Shown one piece after another: positions 1 to 10,034 of a stretch of DNA of 64,000 nucleotides. Source of the DNA: Ostreococcus lucimarinus (taxonomy: Eukaryota). The notes beneath the pieces were generated by a model. The model had not been told where the DNA came from and searched no databases. It saw only the letters and a list, made by a program, of their open reading frames with translations. Where the stretch lies: NCBI GenBank assembly GCA_000092065.1, contig CP000590.1. One strand, given 5' to 3'. Position 1 is the stretch's first letter; each line of letters begins with the position of its first letter. The translations under genes and the position numbers were made by a program.

Positions 1-150
1 CCCTAAACCCTAAACCCTAAACCCTAAACCCTAAACCCTAAACCCTAAACCCTAAACCCTAAACCCTAAACCCTAAACCCTAAACCCTAAACCCTAAACC
101 CTAAACCCTAAACCCTAAACCGAAACCCTAAACCCTAAAAGCATGAGTCT
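1..150. repeat. Telomere repeat array (CCCTAAA)n, about 21 units, with one variant unit CCGAAA at about 121. It is written as the C-rich strand 5'->3', the orientation expected at a left chromosome end.
   Basis: Direct reading: perfect 7-mer tandem array from base 1. The unit is the reverse complement of TTTAGGG, the Arabidopsis-type telomere also used by green algae. Confidence 0.95.
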
Positions 151-777
151 CGGTAGGCGCTTCGGGAGAAGTGCCGTAACCGACCGACTAGCTAATACTT
201 ATTACACCTAACCCTAGGTTCTCTGGGCCGTACTGAGGCATGAAAAGTCACTATCAAACCCGCATCCTTCCTGGGCACCTTCACGACACCCTACGGCCAT
301 CACTCGTCGACCAGCACGGCACCGCAGACTTCCCCCTCGACGCTCCGGACGTCTCCGGACTCTTGCGTCAAAGTTCCTTCTTCAGTGTTCGTGTTGGGCG
401 ACAAACGACCAGTCGTAGTTTGTCCTCTGTGAAAATAATGGAACCCCAAGCACTCCTCTTGCGTGACACACAGTCGATTTGAGTGGAAAGCCTGCGGAAC
501 CCCTAGTTTTTAACCCTAGTATGTAACCCTAGTTTCAGGGAGGCGAGTGCGGGACGCGCGCTGGGCGAGTGTGGGACGCGCGCTGGGAGACGACGCGGGG
601 GCGACGACGGCGACGTGGGTGAATCGTTTCGCATTCTTCTTTCTTCTATTTCTAGGGCGCGATCGTTCATTTGCGCTCCACGTGTGGTTCACACATTTGT
701 ATTGACGCGGGGGCGACGACGGCAGTCGCGTTGGGGTCGCTTGCATTTTACATGTTCGGTTTCTAGTTTCGCCCTAC
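151..777. repeat. Very short subtelomere with degenerate telomere-like units and tandem GC-rich 22-mers
   Basis: ACCCTAG-type degenerate units at about 203-222 and 505-540 (aaccctag x3). Tandem near-identical 22-mers gagtgcgggacgcgcgctgggc / gagtgtgggacgcgcgctggga at 545-590. The motif cgggggcgacgacggc occurs at 596-612 and again at 708-723. The first gene's stop codon is at 778. Confidence 0.55.
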
Positions 778-3700
778 TTAGTTTTTGCCTACTTTTTTCC
801 CTCCCAAGAACGATTTTAAGAATCGTTTAAATACTCGACAATCGTTTGCGCAGGTCTCGTTCGTCAAAAACGCGACCCACTCGCGCTTGTCGGATAGCTT
901 TGTTTTGGGCTTCGGGAAGGCGTCGTCTTCGCCGCCGAGCGCTGCCAACATGACGCCTTGAAATCTCTCGGTGCCATACGTGCTCCAAACGAGGTGCAAA
1001 GCCGCAGAAATATCGGATATCATACTCGGTGGCATCTCGCCGTTTGCTGCTTCGAGGATTTTGCGCACGATTACGACGCTGTGAGATTCCATCGCCGCGG
1101 CGACGGCGTCCGCGACCGGCTTGGCTGAACGTCGATTCCACTCGCACGTCCCTCGCTTTTTGTTACTTTGACCCGAGATCTCCGCCGCTAGACGCCCGAG
1201 ACCGGCGTGCATGGCGCTCGCAGAAGCATTCTTCGCAGTGGACGCCAACTCGGCACTCAACATCACCGGCGCTCGAAGCAAGTCGGTCGCGAATAACAAA
1301 GCCGCCGCCGCGGGTTCGTCGGAGACTCCGCGCAGCGACGCCTGACTGACTTCGACCATCATACGAAGATGCGGAACTATTGCGACACACGCAGTGCGCA
1401 GTGTCGCGCGCGCGAGCGTGAACGCGCTCGTCCACCCTTCGCAATCTTCGAGAGATGCAGGTAAGACGGTCGCCAAGAGCTCGACGACAACGTGACCGAC
1501 GGATTGAAATTTCGTCCCTCCAATCTCAATTCCGCATCGGCTATCGCCATAGAACTCCAGCATAACAGACAACGCATCCAGGTAACACGCGCCGAGACCC
1601 GGTGCTCGCATGTACGCCTCGACTGAAATTCGAACGACAGCTCCCAAGAGCCCATCGACGAAGCGCGCCAGCTCCACGAGAGCCTTCATCGCCCATGCGA
1701 CTTTAAAGCGCTCCTCGACCATTCGATGATCGACAATTCGCAAGCTCGTCTGCTCAACCGCAATCGCGGCGCGCGTTGCCAACCCGGCGAGCACCTCACT
1801 GGGCGATTGAATGTGTTCATACGCGCTCTTCATCGCTCGAAGCACGATATCCAAATCAACCAAACGACGAACATATTCTTCCGAGCTGCCGCGGTGAAGG
1901 GAAACATTCATCGCCTCGATGACGGGCTCGGCGAGCGACGCGCAAGCACTTTCTGTCTGCTCTCGACACTCGCACTTCACATAGAACGTAAGAGCGCGAA
2001 GCAAAACGGTTGATTCGTGTTCTTGACCCAGACGCAAAGTCGGCGACGGCGTCGGCCCACCGCGAACGTGAAGCTCGGCTAAAAGAGACGGTACGTCCGT
2101 GGCGCCAAGTCGCGAAGCTGCAAATTCAGAGAGCTTCATCATCGCCACAGCGGCACCTCGTGCGACAACAAATTCTGAATGGCTCATCGAACGAATCAGC
2201 GCGTGCGAAACGCCAAGAAGAATGTTGTCTTCAAGCTGCGAAATGCACTTGGCGACACCCGCCAGAACCCAACAAGTGGATTCCAAAGTCGCTTTCGGAA
2301 CAACTTCACTCGTCGATAAAGTGCACAAATTTTCAATCAAGATCGCAAAAGACGACTGATTAGCTTCAGCTCGGAAGGATTTCGCTAGTGAGAGCAATAC
2401 GTACAGACGCGCGTTTAGCGTTCTCCATCCACCGCTCTGTGCGGCGGACATCTCCGCGCAGAGGCGCTGATTGAAGTCGCCGAGTATTTCTTCAATCGGC
2501 ACGGCTGAAATGACGTCGCGAAGACAATCAGAAATTTCTTCCTTCACTTGGTCGTCGTCCAGATCGTGCTTGGGCAAGAGTTGAACGTACAGCACTGCGG
2601 CGTGAACGCATCGCTCCGCCACCGGGCGAAGCAACTCCACAAACGAATCCGGCGTGAATGATTTCGCCAGCTTACCCCAAGGTTCCAGCGCCGACGCCAT
2701 GGAGGCACCGACAGAAAGCGCCTCGGATAAGCCATCGAGTGCGAAAAGCAACACTTCTGTGTCGATATCCACGGCGATATTTGTCTTCTGCTTCTGCTCC
2801 GATCGCTGCGTCTTCTTTTGTTGTCTTTGCAAACTTTTGAATTCGGCGTACTTGACATACGTGCGATCGCCAGCCGCATCTGGTCCTGTCGCAAATGGAC
2901 TTTTGGTCGCGTCTTTCTGGTCTCGCAAAGCCTTCATCGCTACGCTCGAAAGTACGTTCACGATCAGCGCGCGACTCTCCTCCGATCTCTCAGCTTTGAC
3001 GACTTCAGCGCGCAACTTTGCTAGACTCGTCGCAAGCAACGCACGAAGCTCAGTGTCACTCGTCCAAACGCACTGCACCAGTGACGCACACGCCGCGCTC
3101 GCGGCGCTTTGTTTGATGTTTGCGTGGTGATCTTCCGAGCACACGATGTGTAGCGCGCCTTCAAGTATGACGCGAGGAAATCTCGGTGTGACGTTTGCGA
3201 TGTCCGCCCACGCCGCGAGAGCATCGAGTATGTACTTGTGTAACAGCGTGTCGCCACTGGCTGACGTCGCGAGCTGCTGGAGCAAGTCCATGACGTCGTT
3301 CGCGGTGCTACGCAAACCAGTCAATACTTGCTCGCGGCGCGCCGGATGTATGGACAACTCTCGGGAACTCGCTTCCTGCGGCACGAACGCCAAAAATGTG
3401 CACAAACACAACAACTTGGCTTCATTCGACACGCGAGCGTCTTCCTGAAACACCTTGATGACGTCTCGCACGACCGCTGTGGGATCCCATGTCGGCATTT
3501 TACACGCCAACGCCGACGTGGCTAGCGCGAGTTGCGTCAGCGTGCTTCTCAAGTCGACCGCACGCGACGCGTTCGACTCGTCGTGCGCGAACGACGAGGA
3601 ATTCACGGCAAAGAGCATCGTCAGCTTCAACACGCGCGAGCGAAGATCGATCCAATCGCGTTCCGTGAACGCCGCGTGCGACGCCTGCGTCCGCTCCTCC

Positions 3701-3918
3701 TTTGCGACGCAGCGACGCAAAAGCACGTGCAGGGTGCGCGCGCAGAACAGTGTTTCGACCGCCGTCGCATCGTCTCGCTCTAACACGCGCAATAGCACGC
3801 TCCAAGATCCATCGCTCTTGCCGAAGCTCGAAAGCGCCGCTTCCGCGTTCGCACGTTCGCTCGCATCCTGACTTTGAAAAAACGAGGCGATGTGCGCGCG
3901 CAGGATGTCTTCGTCCAT
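778..3918 (-). CDS. Importin-beta superfamily nuclear transport receptor (karyopherin; HEAT/ARM repeats), 1046 aa
   Basis: ATG verified (cat at 3916-3918). The N-terminus (IASFFQSQDASERANAEAALSSFGKSDGSWSVLLRVLE) fits the importin-beta N-terminal domain pattern. The rest is predicted long helical repeats, with a size typical of importin-9/13 or transportin. A TGTAA motif on the minus strand lies about 30 nt past the stop. Confidence 0.6.
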   Translation of the reverse strand: MDEDILRAHIASFFQSQDASERANAEAALSSFGKSDGSWSVLLRVLERDDATAVETLFCARTLHVLLRRCVAKEERTQASHAAFTERDWIDLRSRVLKLTMLFAVNSSSFAHDESNASRAVDLRSTLTQLALATSALACKMPTWDPTAVVRDVIKVFQEDARVSNEAKLLCLCTFLAFVPQEASSRELSIHPARREQVLTGLRSTANDVMDLLQQLATSASGDTLLHKYILDALAAWADIANVTPRFPRVILEGALHIVCSEDHHANIKQSAASAACASLVQCVWTSDTELRALLATSLAKLRAEVVKAERSEESRALIVNVLSSVAMKALRDQKDATKSPFATGPDAAGDRTYVKYAEFKSLQRQQKKTQRSEQKQKTNIAVDIDTEVLLFALDGLSEALSVGASMASALEPWGKLAKSFTPDSFVELLRPVAERCVHAAVLYVQLLPKHDLDDDQVKEEISDCLRDVISAVPIEEILGDFNQRLCAEMSAAQSGGWRTLNARLYVLLSLAKSFRAEANQSSFAILIENLCTLSTSEVVPKATLESTCWVLAGVAKCISQLEDNILLGVSHALIRSMSHSEFVVARGAAVAMMKLSEFAASRLGATDVPSLLAELHVRGGPTPSPTLRLGQEHESTVLLRALTFYVKCECREQTESACASLAEPVIEAMNVSLHRGSSEEYVRRLVDLDIVLRAMKSAYEHIQSPSEVLAGLATRAAIAVEQTSLRIVDHRMVEERFKVAWAMKALVELARFVDGLLGAVVRISVEAYMRAPGLGACYLDALSVMLEFYGDSRCGIEIGGTKFQSVGHVVVELLATVLPASLEDCEGWTSAFTLARATLRTACVAIVPHLRMMVEVSQASLRGVSDEPAAAALLFATDLLRAPVMLSAELASTAKNASASAMHAGLGRLAAEISGQSNKKRGTCEWNRRSAKPVADAVAAAMESHSVVIVRKILEAANGEMPPSMISDISAALHLVWSTYGTERFQGVMLAALGGEDDAFPKPKTKLSDKREWVAFLTNETCANDCRVFKRFLKSFLGGKKVGKN

Positions 3919-4121
3919 GACGACGACGCCCGCGCGCGCCGACGGTGATCGCGCGCGAGTTTACTCGCGATAACTCGCGTCCGTCATGGTCTATGCGTCG
4001 CTTTGTGTTCGCGCGCGCGCGCCTCTGAGGTAGGCGACTCGGATGCGTGGCAGAACGCGTCGCGACCGAACGACCCAACGCAGGGGGCGCGCCACCGCCG
4101 CCGCACACGTCCACGCGCGCG

Positions 4122-7100
4122 ATGGGCAAACGAACCAGAGACAAGGCGAAAGCCGAGGTAGAGGACGACGACGATGACGTCGACGCCTCGGCCTTCCCTC
4201 GAGGCGGCGCCGCGAGCGGTGGACGCGGCGATGAAGATGCGTTTCCTCGAGGCGGCGGCGGCGGCGGCGACGGTGACGACGCCGGACGGGGCAGGAAGCG
4301 TCGATCGAGCCAACGAGGCGGTGATGGCGATGGAAGCAATGACGATGACGATGATCCGTTCTCGCGAATCTCACGCGCGGCGAAAGGGGCGAGTTCGAGA
4401 GCGGTGTCTTCGAGCGGCGGCGGGGCGAAGTACGTCGAGACTTTGAAGTACAAGTCGCTACGACCTGGAGCTAAACTTTTGGGCATCATCTCCGAAGTTA
4501 CCGCGCGGGGATTAGTGATGAGTTTACCAGACGGCTTGCGCGGCACCGTGGCGCGCGCGGAAGTTGCTGGCACGTTCGGGAGTAGTCGACGCAACCGCAC
4601 CGCCGCCGCCGACGGCTCGGAATCTTCGGAGGAGGAGTATAGCAGCGACGAGGACGACGATGACGATGACGCAGAGGCGAGCTTGGAGTTGCTGTACGAG
4701 CCCGGGCAAGTGCTTCGATGCGCGGTGGTGAGTTTGGAGAAAGGTAAAACGGGTGGCAAGAGAATCGAGTTGTCTCTCAGACTAGAAAAGGTGTGCGAGG
4801 GCCTCACAAAGGAAAGTCTCACCGAAGGCTCGGTAGCGCCAGCCGTAGTTCAAAGCGTCGAAGATCACGGCTACATCTTGAGTTTTGGTATCGCAGATAC
4901 GAGCGGATTCTTACCGAAGAAAAATGTGGCGAGCGATTTGGGCGAGATTCGTAAAGGCAGAATCATCGATGTAGTCATCACCGGCGCACCAAAGGGCAAT
5001 AAAGGTTATTTTACCGTGACGAGCGATCAGAAGCGAATCAAGACTTCGGTCGCCCACGAGACGTCGGCGACGAATGTCGATACATTGCTTCCGGGGATGC
5101 TCGTAAATTCTAGAATCAAGCAAATACTTTCTGACGGTGTCTCAGTTTCTTTCATGACTTACTTCAGTGGCACCGTGGACTGTTTTCACACTGGGGCTCT
5201 TGCGACGTCGAAAGGGGTTTCGTCCGCGTTTAAAGTAGGGCAACGCATGCGTGCGCGAATCATTTTTGTCGACTCTGCGTCGAAGCGTGTTAGCCTAACC
5301 TTGCTGCCGCATCTGCTTGATTACGCGTCCATCGAACTTCCAAAGCTTGGCAAAACTTTCCAAACTGCCAAGATTGAGCGCGTGGATGCGGGTCAAGGGG
5401 TCGCGCTGAGTATTTCAGATGGTAAGAACGATATCGCTGGATATGCACACGTTTCACAGCTTTCTGACGAACGCGTGGAAAAGGTGGAGAAGAAGTTCAA
5501 AATCGGAAGAAGCGTAAGTGTTCGCGTCATCGGTCATCGTTTGCTCGATGGAGTGGTTAGCGTCAGTTTGAAGTCATCTGTCATGGCTCAACCTTTCTTT
5601 TCATTGGATGAACTCACACCAGGGATGCTTGTGAACGGCGAAGTTCTCGCCGTTGAGCATTACGGAGCCATAGTGAAACTTGCCGAGGGCATTAAAGCGC
5701 TGTGTCCCCCGCTTCACATTTCTGACATTGTCGGCCGAACGACTTCTGCAAAAGTCGCCCCTGGTGCCAAATTGAAGTTCAGAGTATTGAACGTGGATCG
5801 AAATAGCCGGAGAGCGACGGTATCGCATAAAAGAACGCTCATCAAGTCCGAGCTCCCAGTAATTGGTCAGATTGAAGACGCTGTGCCCGGATCAATCACG
5901 CACGGCGTGGTGACGGGCGTGAATGAGTACGGTGTGTTCGTCTCCTTGTACGGTGATTTGAAGGGTCTGGCTGGTTTGAATGACTTGGGTCTTCTGCGAG
6001 ATCAAAAACCGTCCGACGCGTTTGGTGTCGGACAAGTTGTTCGAGTACAGGTTGTTTCAGCCGACACGTCTGGTCGGTTACGTCTTTCGCTCGCGTCTGG
6101 CGACGCGGATGGAAACTCTGCGAGCATGATTATTAATGCGTCCGCAGATGCCTTGAAGCCGGGTCATGTCGTTGAAAAAGCAGTGGTCACGCACGTGGCG
6201 TCGGGCACAGGTAATGTCGAGGTGGTTTTTTCTATGGAAGAAGGCAACATACCAGGCGTCGTGCCGCTCGCCCATTTATCTGACCATCCGCTGACGGCGC
6301 AAGGATTGAGCGCTGTTCTCAATCCCGGTGACGAGATTGGTCCTTTAGTAGTTCTTGAAGGCAAATCAACTCGAGCAGTGATGTCGCGCAAACTTTCACT
6401 CGTGGAAAGCTCGCGAGAAGGGAAGCTTCCAGCGACGGCGAAGGAAGCGACGCTCGGCGCAGTGTTCCCAGGCTACGTCGCATCAGCCACCGCTGCGGGC
6501 GTTTTCGTTCGCTTTTTAGGTCGACTCACCGGTCTTGCACCGCCTTCACAGCTCACAGACGGTACTACGGGAGACGTGCACGAAATGTTTCCGGTAGGTA
6601 AGACTGTCAACGCATTAATACTGTCTGTGGATACGTCCACGCCGACGCCGAGGTTGTCACTCTCATTGAAAGTTTCTGCCACTTCGTCGCCTCTCAGCGA
6701 TGCACCGTTGGTTCGCTCGTTTTTCCAGGATATTGAGTTTCTCGATGACAGAGATGTCGGAGCCGAAGACGTGGGTATATCACCTGAAACCGCAAAGTCG
6801 CTCAAGCCCGGTACGTGGATGGATGTGTCAGTTAACGAAACAAAGGATTACGGCGTTTTGATGGATGTTCCGATCGATTCCAACGTCGTCGGTCTGGTGA
6901 CGCCTCATCAGATACCAGTAGACACGACGTTCACAGCGGGGGATGAGGTAAAAGGTTACGTTTTAGACGTCAGCCGCCGAGAAGGCGTAGTTGACATCGG
7001 CATGCGGGATGGATTGGGCAAATTCAAGCGAAACAAGACGTCGTCTGGCAAAAGTTTGAAGAAGCTTAAGGTGGGAGATCAAGTCTCCGCTGAGGTCGAA

Positions 7101-9980
7101 CTCATAAAGGCTGAGTATGTGGCACTTTCTTTACCAGAGCATAACGGCTTGATAGGTTTCGCTCCTGTGCATCATTTGAACCTTCGTTACGAAGACGCGT
7201 CGGAACGCTTTACGCCGACGCAATGCGTCAAGGCTGTCATCGCACAGCTTCCAGAGGGTGAAATGGGGCGTCTTCTCCTGACGGTTCCCGTTACTAAAGG
7301 AACCACAGCAAGCGGACGAATTGCCGCCGGGACGCTCGTCAAGGGTGTCGTGTCAGAGGTTCAAAATCTGCAGGCATTGGTCGCTTTGCCAAATAACGCT
7401 CGGGGACGACTTTACATTAGCGAGTTCAGCCCCGGTGAAGATACCCCACTGGAGTCTATTTCAGTGGGTTCAACTGTTGAAGCCACTGTGATGGGTCTTG
7501 CTGGAGACCGTGGAGGACTTCTGGACCTGTCGATGCATAGGAAATCCGCGTTTGTGCTTGAAGATGTCTCTGTTGGCGACGACGTGAGCGCGTACGTCGT
7601 TTCCGTAACGGACGATGGGATCAAGGTGACTATCGCTCCCGGAATCACATCCTTCATTCCGAAGATTGAAACGTCGGACAAATCATCTGAGCTCGCCATG
7701 AAGCTGAGCTCTCGCTTCACCGTGGGAGAGCGCGTGTCCGCGATTATCGTTGGAGTTAAGGCGACCAAGAAGCGAGTCGACCTCAGCCTTCGAACGGACG
7801 GCGCATCCGGGTCGTCTCGCGTGTGCGTCGGGGCTAAAGTGCAAGGTATTATTACGCGAGTCGTGGAAAACGTCGGTCTCATGGTTCAACTCGGATCGCA
7901 TTCCGTGGGACGAGTACACTTGACAGACATGGCGGACGAGTACGACGACGATCCGTGCGCCAAGTACGAAGCGGGACAAGTCGTGCAGGTGCGCGTGTTA
8001 AACGCTTCTTCAAACGGAGAACTCGATTTATCTATGCGCGCGTCTCGTTTGAGTAGCAAGCGAACCTCGCCGACGGATCCCGAGATCACGGATATCAGCA
8101 ACCTCGTTCCTGGTCAACGCGTAAAGGGATACGTCAAGGCGACTTCAAAGAAAGGATGCTTCATCGCTCTTTCCCGCGGCATCGACGCTATGTGTAAGCT
8201 GTCAAACCTCGCGGACAGTTTCATCGCGGATCCAGCGAAAACGTTTCCTCCTGGAAAACTTGTCGAAGGACGGATCGTGAGTGCCGATGCGGCTAAAGGA
8301 CGAGTTGAGCTCGCGTTCCGCGAGACGGACGCCACGCAAGGAAATGCAGATGTTTCGACGGTGAAGGTGGGAGACGTGCTCATTGGCACTGTTCGCCGCG
8401 TACAACCGTACGGAGTGTTCGTCAGTCTCGATGGCACGAAGTTATCTGGACTCTGTCACATCTCTATGTTCGCAGACGCTCGAATTAGCGACGATTTGGC
8501 GTCTCACGTGCGCCAAGGCGAAAGGGTGCGAACGAAAGTGTTAGAAATCAACACTGAGACGAACAAGATATCGCTCGGTATCAAGGCTTCGCTCTTTGAA
8601 GACGACGACGGCGACGGAGACGAAGAGATGGCCGACGTCAACACAGCGCACACGTTTGATCCACTGATGGATGTGGATGGTGAAAACGACGGAGAGGACG
8701 ACGACAATGATGGTGAATCCAGCGACGACGACGACGACGACGACGACGACGGCTCCAGCGACGAAGCAAACGCCAGTGAAAGTACGGAGGCGAGTAGCGA
8801 AGAAGGAGAAGAAGAAGAAGAAGAAGAAGAAGAAGAAGAAGAAGAAGAAGAGTCCTCAGAAAGTGGCGAGTCAGACTCCGACATTGACGAAGACGGACCG
8901 CTGCATGCAGACGAGGGCGAATCGACAGACGAGGAATCTGATCCATCTGATTCAGAGGACGCGCCGATCGGCAACGATTTAGGGTTCGATTGGGATGCCG
9001 AAAAAACGGACGCCAGTATGACCGACGTCGCTGATGAAAAGGCGGGTAAGAAGGGTGCCGACAAAGCGCCGTCAAAACGCGAAAAAAAACGATTGAAAGA
9101 GGCGAGGGAGCTCGAAATTTTACAAAAAGAGCAAGAGATGAGAGATGGCGATCATATTCCCGAATCTGCGATGGAGTTTGAAAAGTTACTCATCGCATCG
9201 CCTCGCTCGTCGTTTCTTTGGGTAAGATATATGGCGTTTCACGTCAGCTGTGGCGCGTACGATGAGGCTAAAGAAGTCGCGGAACGAGCTCTCGGAGCGA
9301 TACCCGCCTCGGAAGAGGCTGAGCGCATGAATGTGTGGGCGGCGTATTTGAACTTGGAAAACAAATACGGCACTCCGTCGCCGGAAGAAGCTGTGAAAAA
9401 GCTCTTTACGCGCGCGGTTCAAATCGCCGATGCCAAGCACATGCACTTGACGCTCGTATCGATGTATGAGCGAAACGCTCAAGAGGATGCGCTCGAAGAA
9501 AGCTTGAAGAAGGCGGCCAAAAAGTTTTCGTACAGTGCGAAAATCTGGCTCGCATACATACGCTCTGCTGTGTTGAAAAATGATTCGGAAAAGGCGCGAA
9601 AACTTTTGGATCGCGCGACGCAGTCATTGCCGAAGCACAAACATATAAAGATTCTCACGCGTACGGCTCTCCTCGAGATGAAAGAGGGAAATCCGGAGCG
9701 CGGCCGCACGATGTTTGAGGGTATATTACGAAACTACCCGCGACGTACTGATATTTGGTCAGTGTACATTGATCAAGAAATCAAGCAAGGTGACATTCAA
9801 CGCATCAGAGCATTATTCGAGAGAGCGACGCACCTCGATCTTAACGCAAAGAGCATGAAATTTTTGTTCAAGCGTTACCTGGACTTTGAAAGATCGGAGG
9901 GTGATGACGAACGCATAGCGCACGTGAAGCAAAGAGCGATGGAATACGTTAGCAACAAGTTCGGCTCAGCCGCGGAATGA
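4122..9980 (+). CDS. RRP5: rRNA biogenesis protein RRP5 (PDCD11 homologue): multiple S1 RNA-binding domains plus C-terminal HAT/TPR repeats, about 1950 aa
   Basis: The track ORF opens with GTG at 4047. The first ATG is at 4122 (MGKRTRDKAK). There are N-terminal FPRGG motifs (AFPRGGAASGG, AFPRGGGGG) as in RRP5, more than 10 S1-like repeats (LKPG..V.G.V..V...G..V..), a poly-Glu run encoded by (GAA)n at 8805-8851, and a C-terminal HAT-repeat block (SFLWVRYMAFH...KILTRTALLEMKEGN). Confidence 0.9.
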   Translation: MGKRTRDKAKAEVEDDDDDVDASAFPRGGAASGGRGDEDAFPRGGGGGGDGDDAGRGRKRRSSQRGGDGDGSNDDDDDPFSRISRAAKGASSRAVSSSGGGAKYVETLKYKSLRPGAKLLGIISEVTARGLVMSLPDGLRGTVARAEVAGTFGSSRRNRTAAADGSESSEEEYSSDEDDDDDDAEASLELLYEPGQVLRCAVVSLEKGKTGGKRIELSLRLEKVCEGLTKESLTEGSVAPAVVQSVEDHGYILSFGIADTSGFLPKKNVASDLGEIRKGRIIDVVITGAPKGNKGYFTVTSDQKRIKTSVAHETSATNVDTLLPGMLVNSRIKQILSDGVSVSFMTYFSGTVDCFHTGALATSKGVSSAFKVGQRMRARIIFVDSASKRVSLTLLPHLLDYASIELPKLGKTFQTAKIERVDAGQGVALSISDGKNDIAGYAHVSQLSDERVEKVEKKFKIGRSVSVRVIGHRLLDGVVSVSLKSSVMAQPFFSLDELTPGMLVNGEVLAVEHYGAIVKLAEGIKALCPPLHISDIVGRTTSAKVAPGAKLKFRVLNVDRNSRRATVSHKRTLIKSELPVIGQIEDAVPGSITHGVVTGVNEYGVFVSLYGDLKGLAGLNDLGLLRDQKPSDAFGVGQVVRVQVVSADTSGRLRLSLASGDADGNSASMIINASADALKPGHVVEKAVVTHVASGTGNVEVVFSMEEGNIPGVVPLAHLSDHPLTAQGLSAVLNPGDEIGPLVVLEGKSTRAVMSRKLSLVESSREGKLPATAKEATLGAVFPGYVASATAAGVFVRFLGRLTGLAPPSQLTDGTTGDVHEMFPVGKTVNALILSVDTSTPTPRLSLSLKVSATSSPLSDAPLVRSFFQDIEFLDDRDVGAEDVGISPETAKSLKPGTWMDVSVNETKDYGVLMDVPIDSNVVGLVTPHQIPVDTTFTAGDEVKGYVLDVSRREGVVDIGMRDGLGKFKRNKTSSGKSLKKLKVGDQVSAEVELIKAEYVALSLPEHNGLIGFAPVHHLNLRYEDASERFTPTQCVKAVIAQLPEGEMGRLLLTVPVTKGTTASGRIAAGTLVKGVVSEVQNLQALVALPNNARGRLYISEFSPGEDTPLESISVGSTVEATVMGLAGDRGGLLDLSMHRKSAFVLEDVSVGDDVSAYVVSVTDDGIKVTIAPGITSFIPKIETSDKSSELAMKLSSRFTVGERVSAIIVGVKATKKRVDLSLRTDGASGSSRVCVGAKVQGIITRVVENVGLMVQLGSHSVGRVHLTDMADEYDDDPCAKYEAGQVVQVRVLNASSNGELDLSMRASRLSSKRTSPTDPEITDISNLVPGQRVKGYVKATSKKGCFIALSRGIDAMCKLSNLADSFIADPAKTFPPGKLVEGRIVSADAAKGRVELAFRETDATQGNADVSTVKVGDVLIGTVRRVQPYGVFVSLDGTKLSGLCHISMFADARISDDLASHVRQGERVRTKVLEINTETNKISLGIKASLFEDDDGDGDEEMADVNTAHTFDPLMDVDGENDGEDDDNDGESSDDDDDDDDDGSSDEANASESTEASSEEGEEEEEEEEEEEEEEESSESGESDSDIDEDGPLHADEGESTDEESDPSDSEDAPIGNDLGFDWDAEKTDASMTDVADEKAGKKGADKAPSKREKKRLKEARELEILQKEQEMRDGDHIPESAMEFEKLLIASPRSSFLWVRYMAFHVSCGAYDEAKEVAERALGAIPASEEAERMNVWAAYLNLENKYGTPSPEEAVKKLFTRAVQIADAKHMHLTLVSMYERNAQEDALEESLKKAAKKFSYSAKIWLAYIRSAVLKNDSEKARKLLDRATQSLPKHKHIKILTRTALLEMKEGNPERGRTMFEGILRNYPRRTDIWSVYIDQEIKQGDIQRIRALFERATHLDLNAKSMKFLFKRYLDFERSEGDDERIAHVKQRAMEYVSNKFGSAAE
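8805..8851 (+). repeat. (GAA)n trinucleotide microsatellite encoding poly-Glu inside RRP5
   Basis: Direct reading: gaagaagaagaa... encoding about 16 E residues in an acidic low-complexity segment. Confidence 0.9.
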
Positions 9981-10034
9981 CGAATAGATGAAATTTCTCA
10001 AAACATTTATTACAATTTGAGCAAACAAAGAAAG

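Noticed and set aside
240-830. Small ORFs (71-80 aa) in the subtelomere
   Set aside because: No homology signal, atypical composition, and they overlap subtelomeric repeats. They are likely non-coding.
3500-4822. 440-aa minus-strand ORF overlapping the RRP5 5' end and the importin 5' end
   Set aside because: S/P/R-rich low-complexity translation, antisense to the well-supported RRP5 N-terminus. It is a typical open antisense frame in GC-rich DNA.
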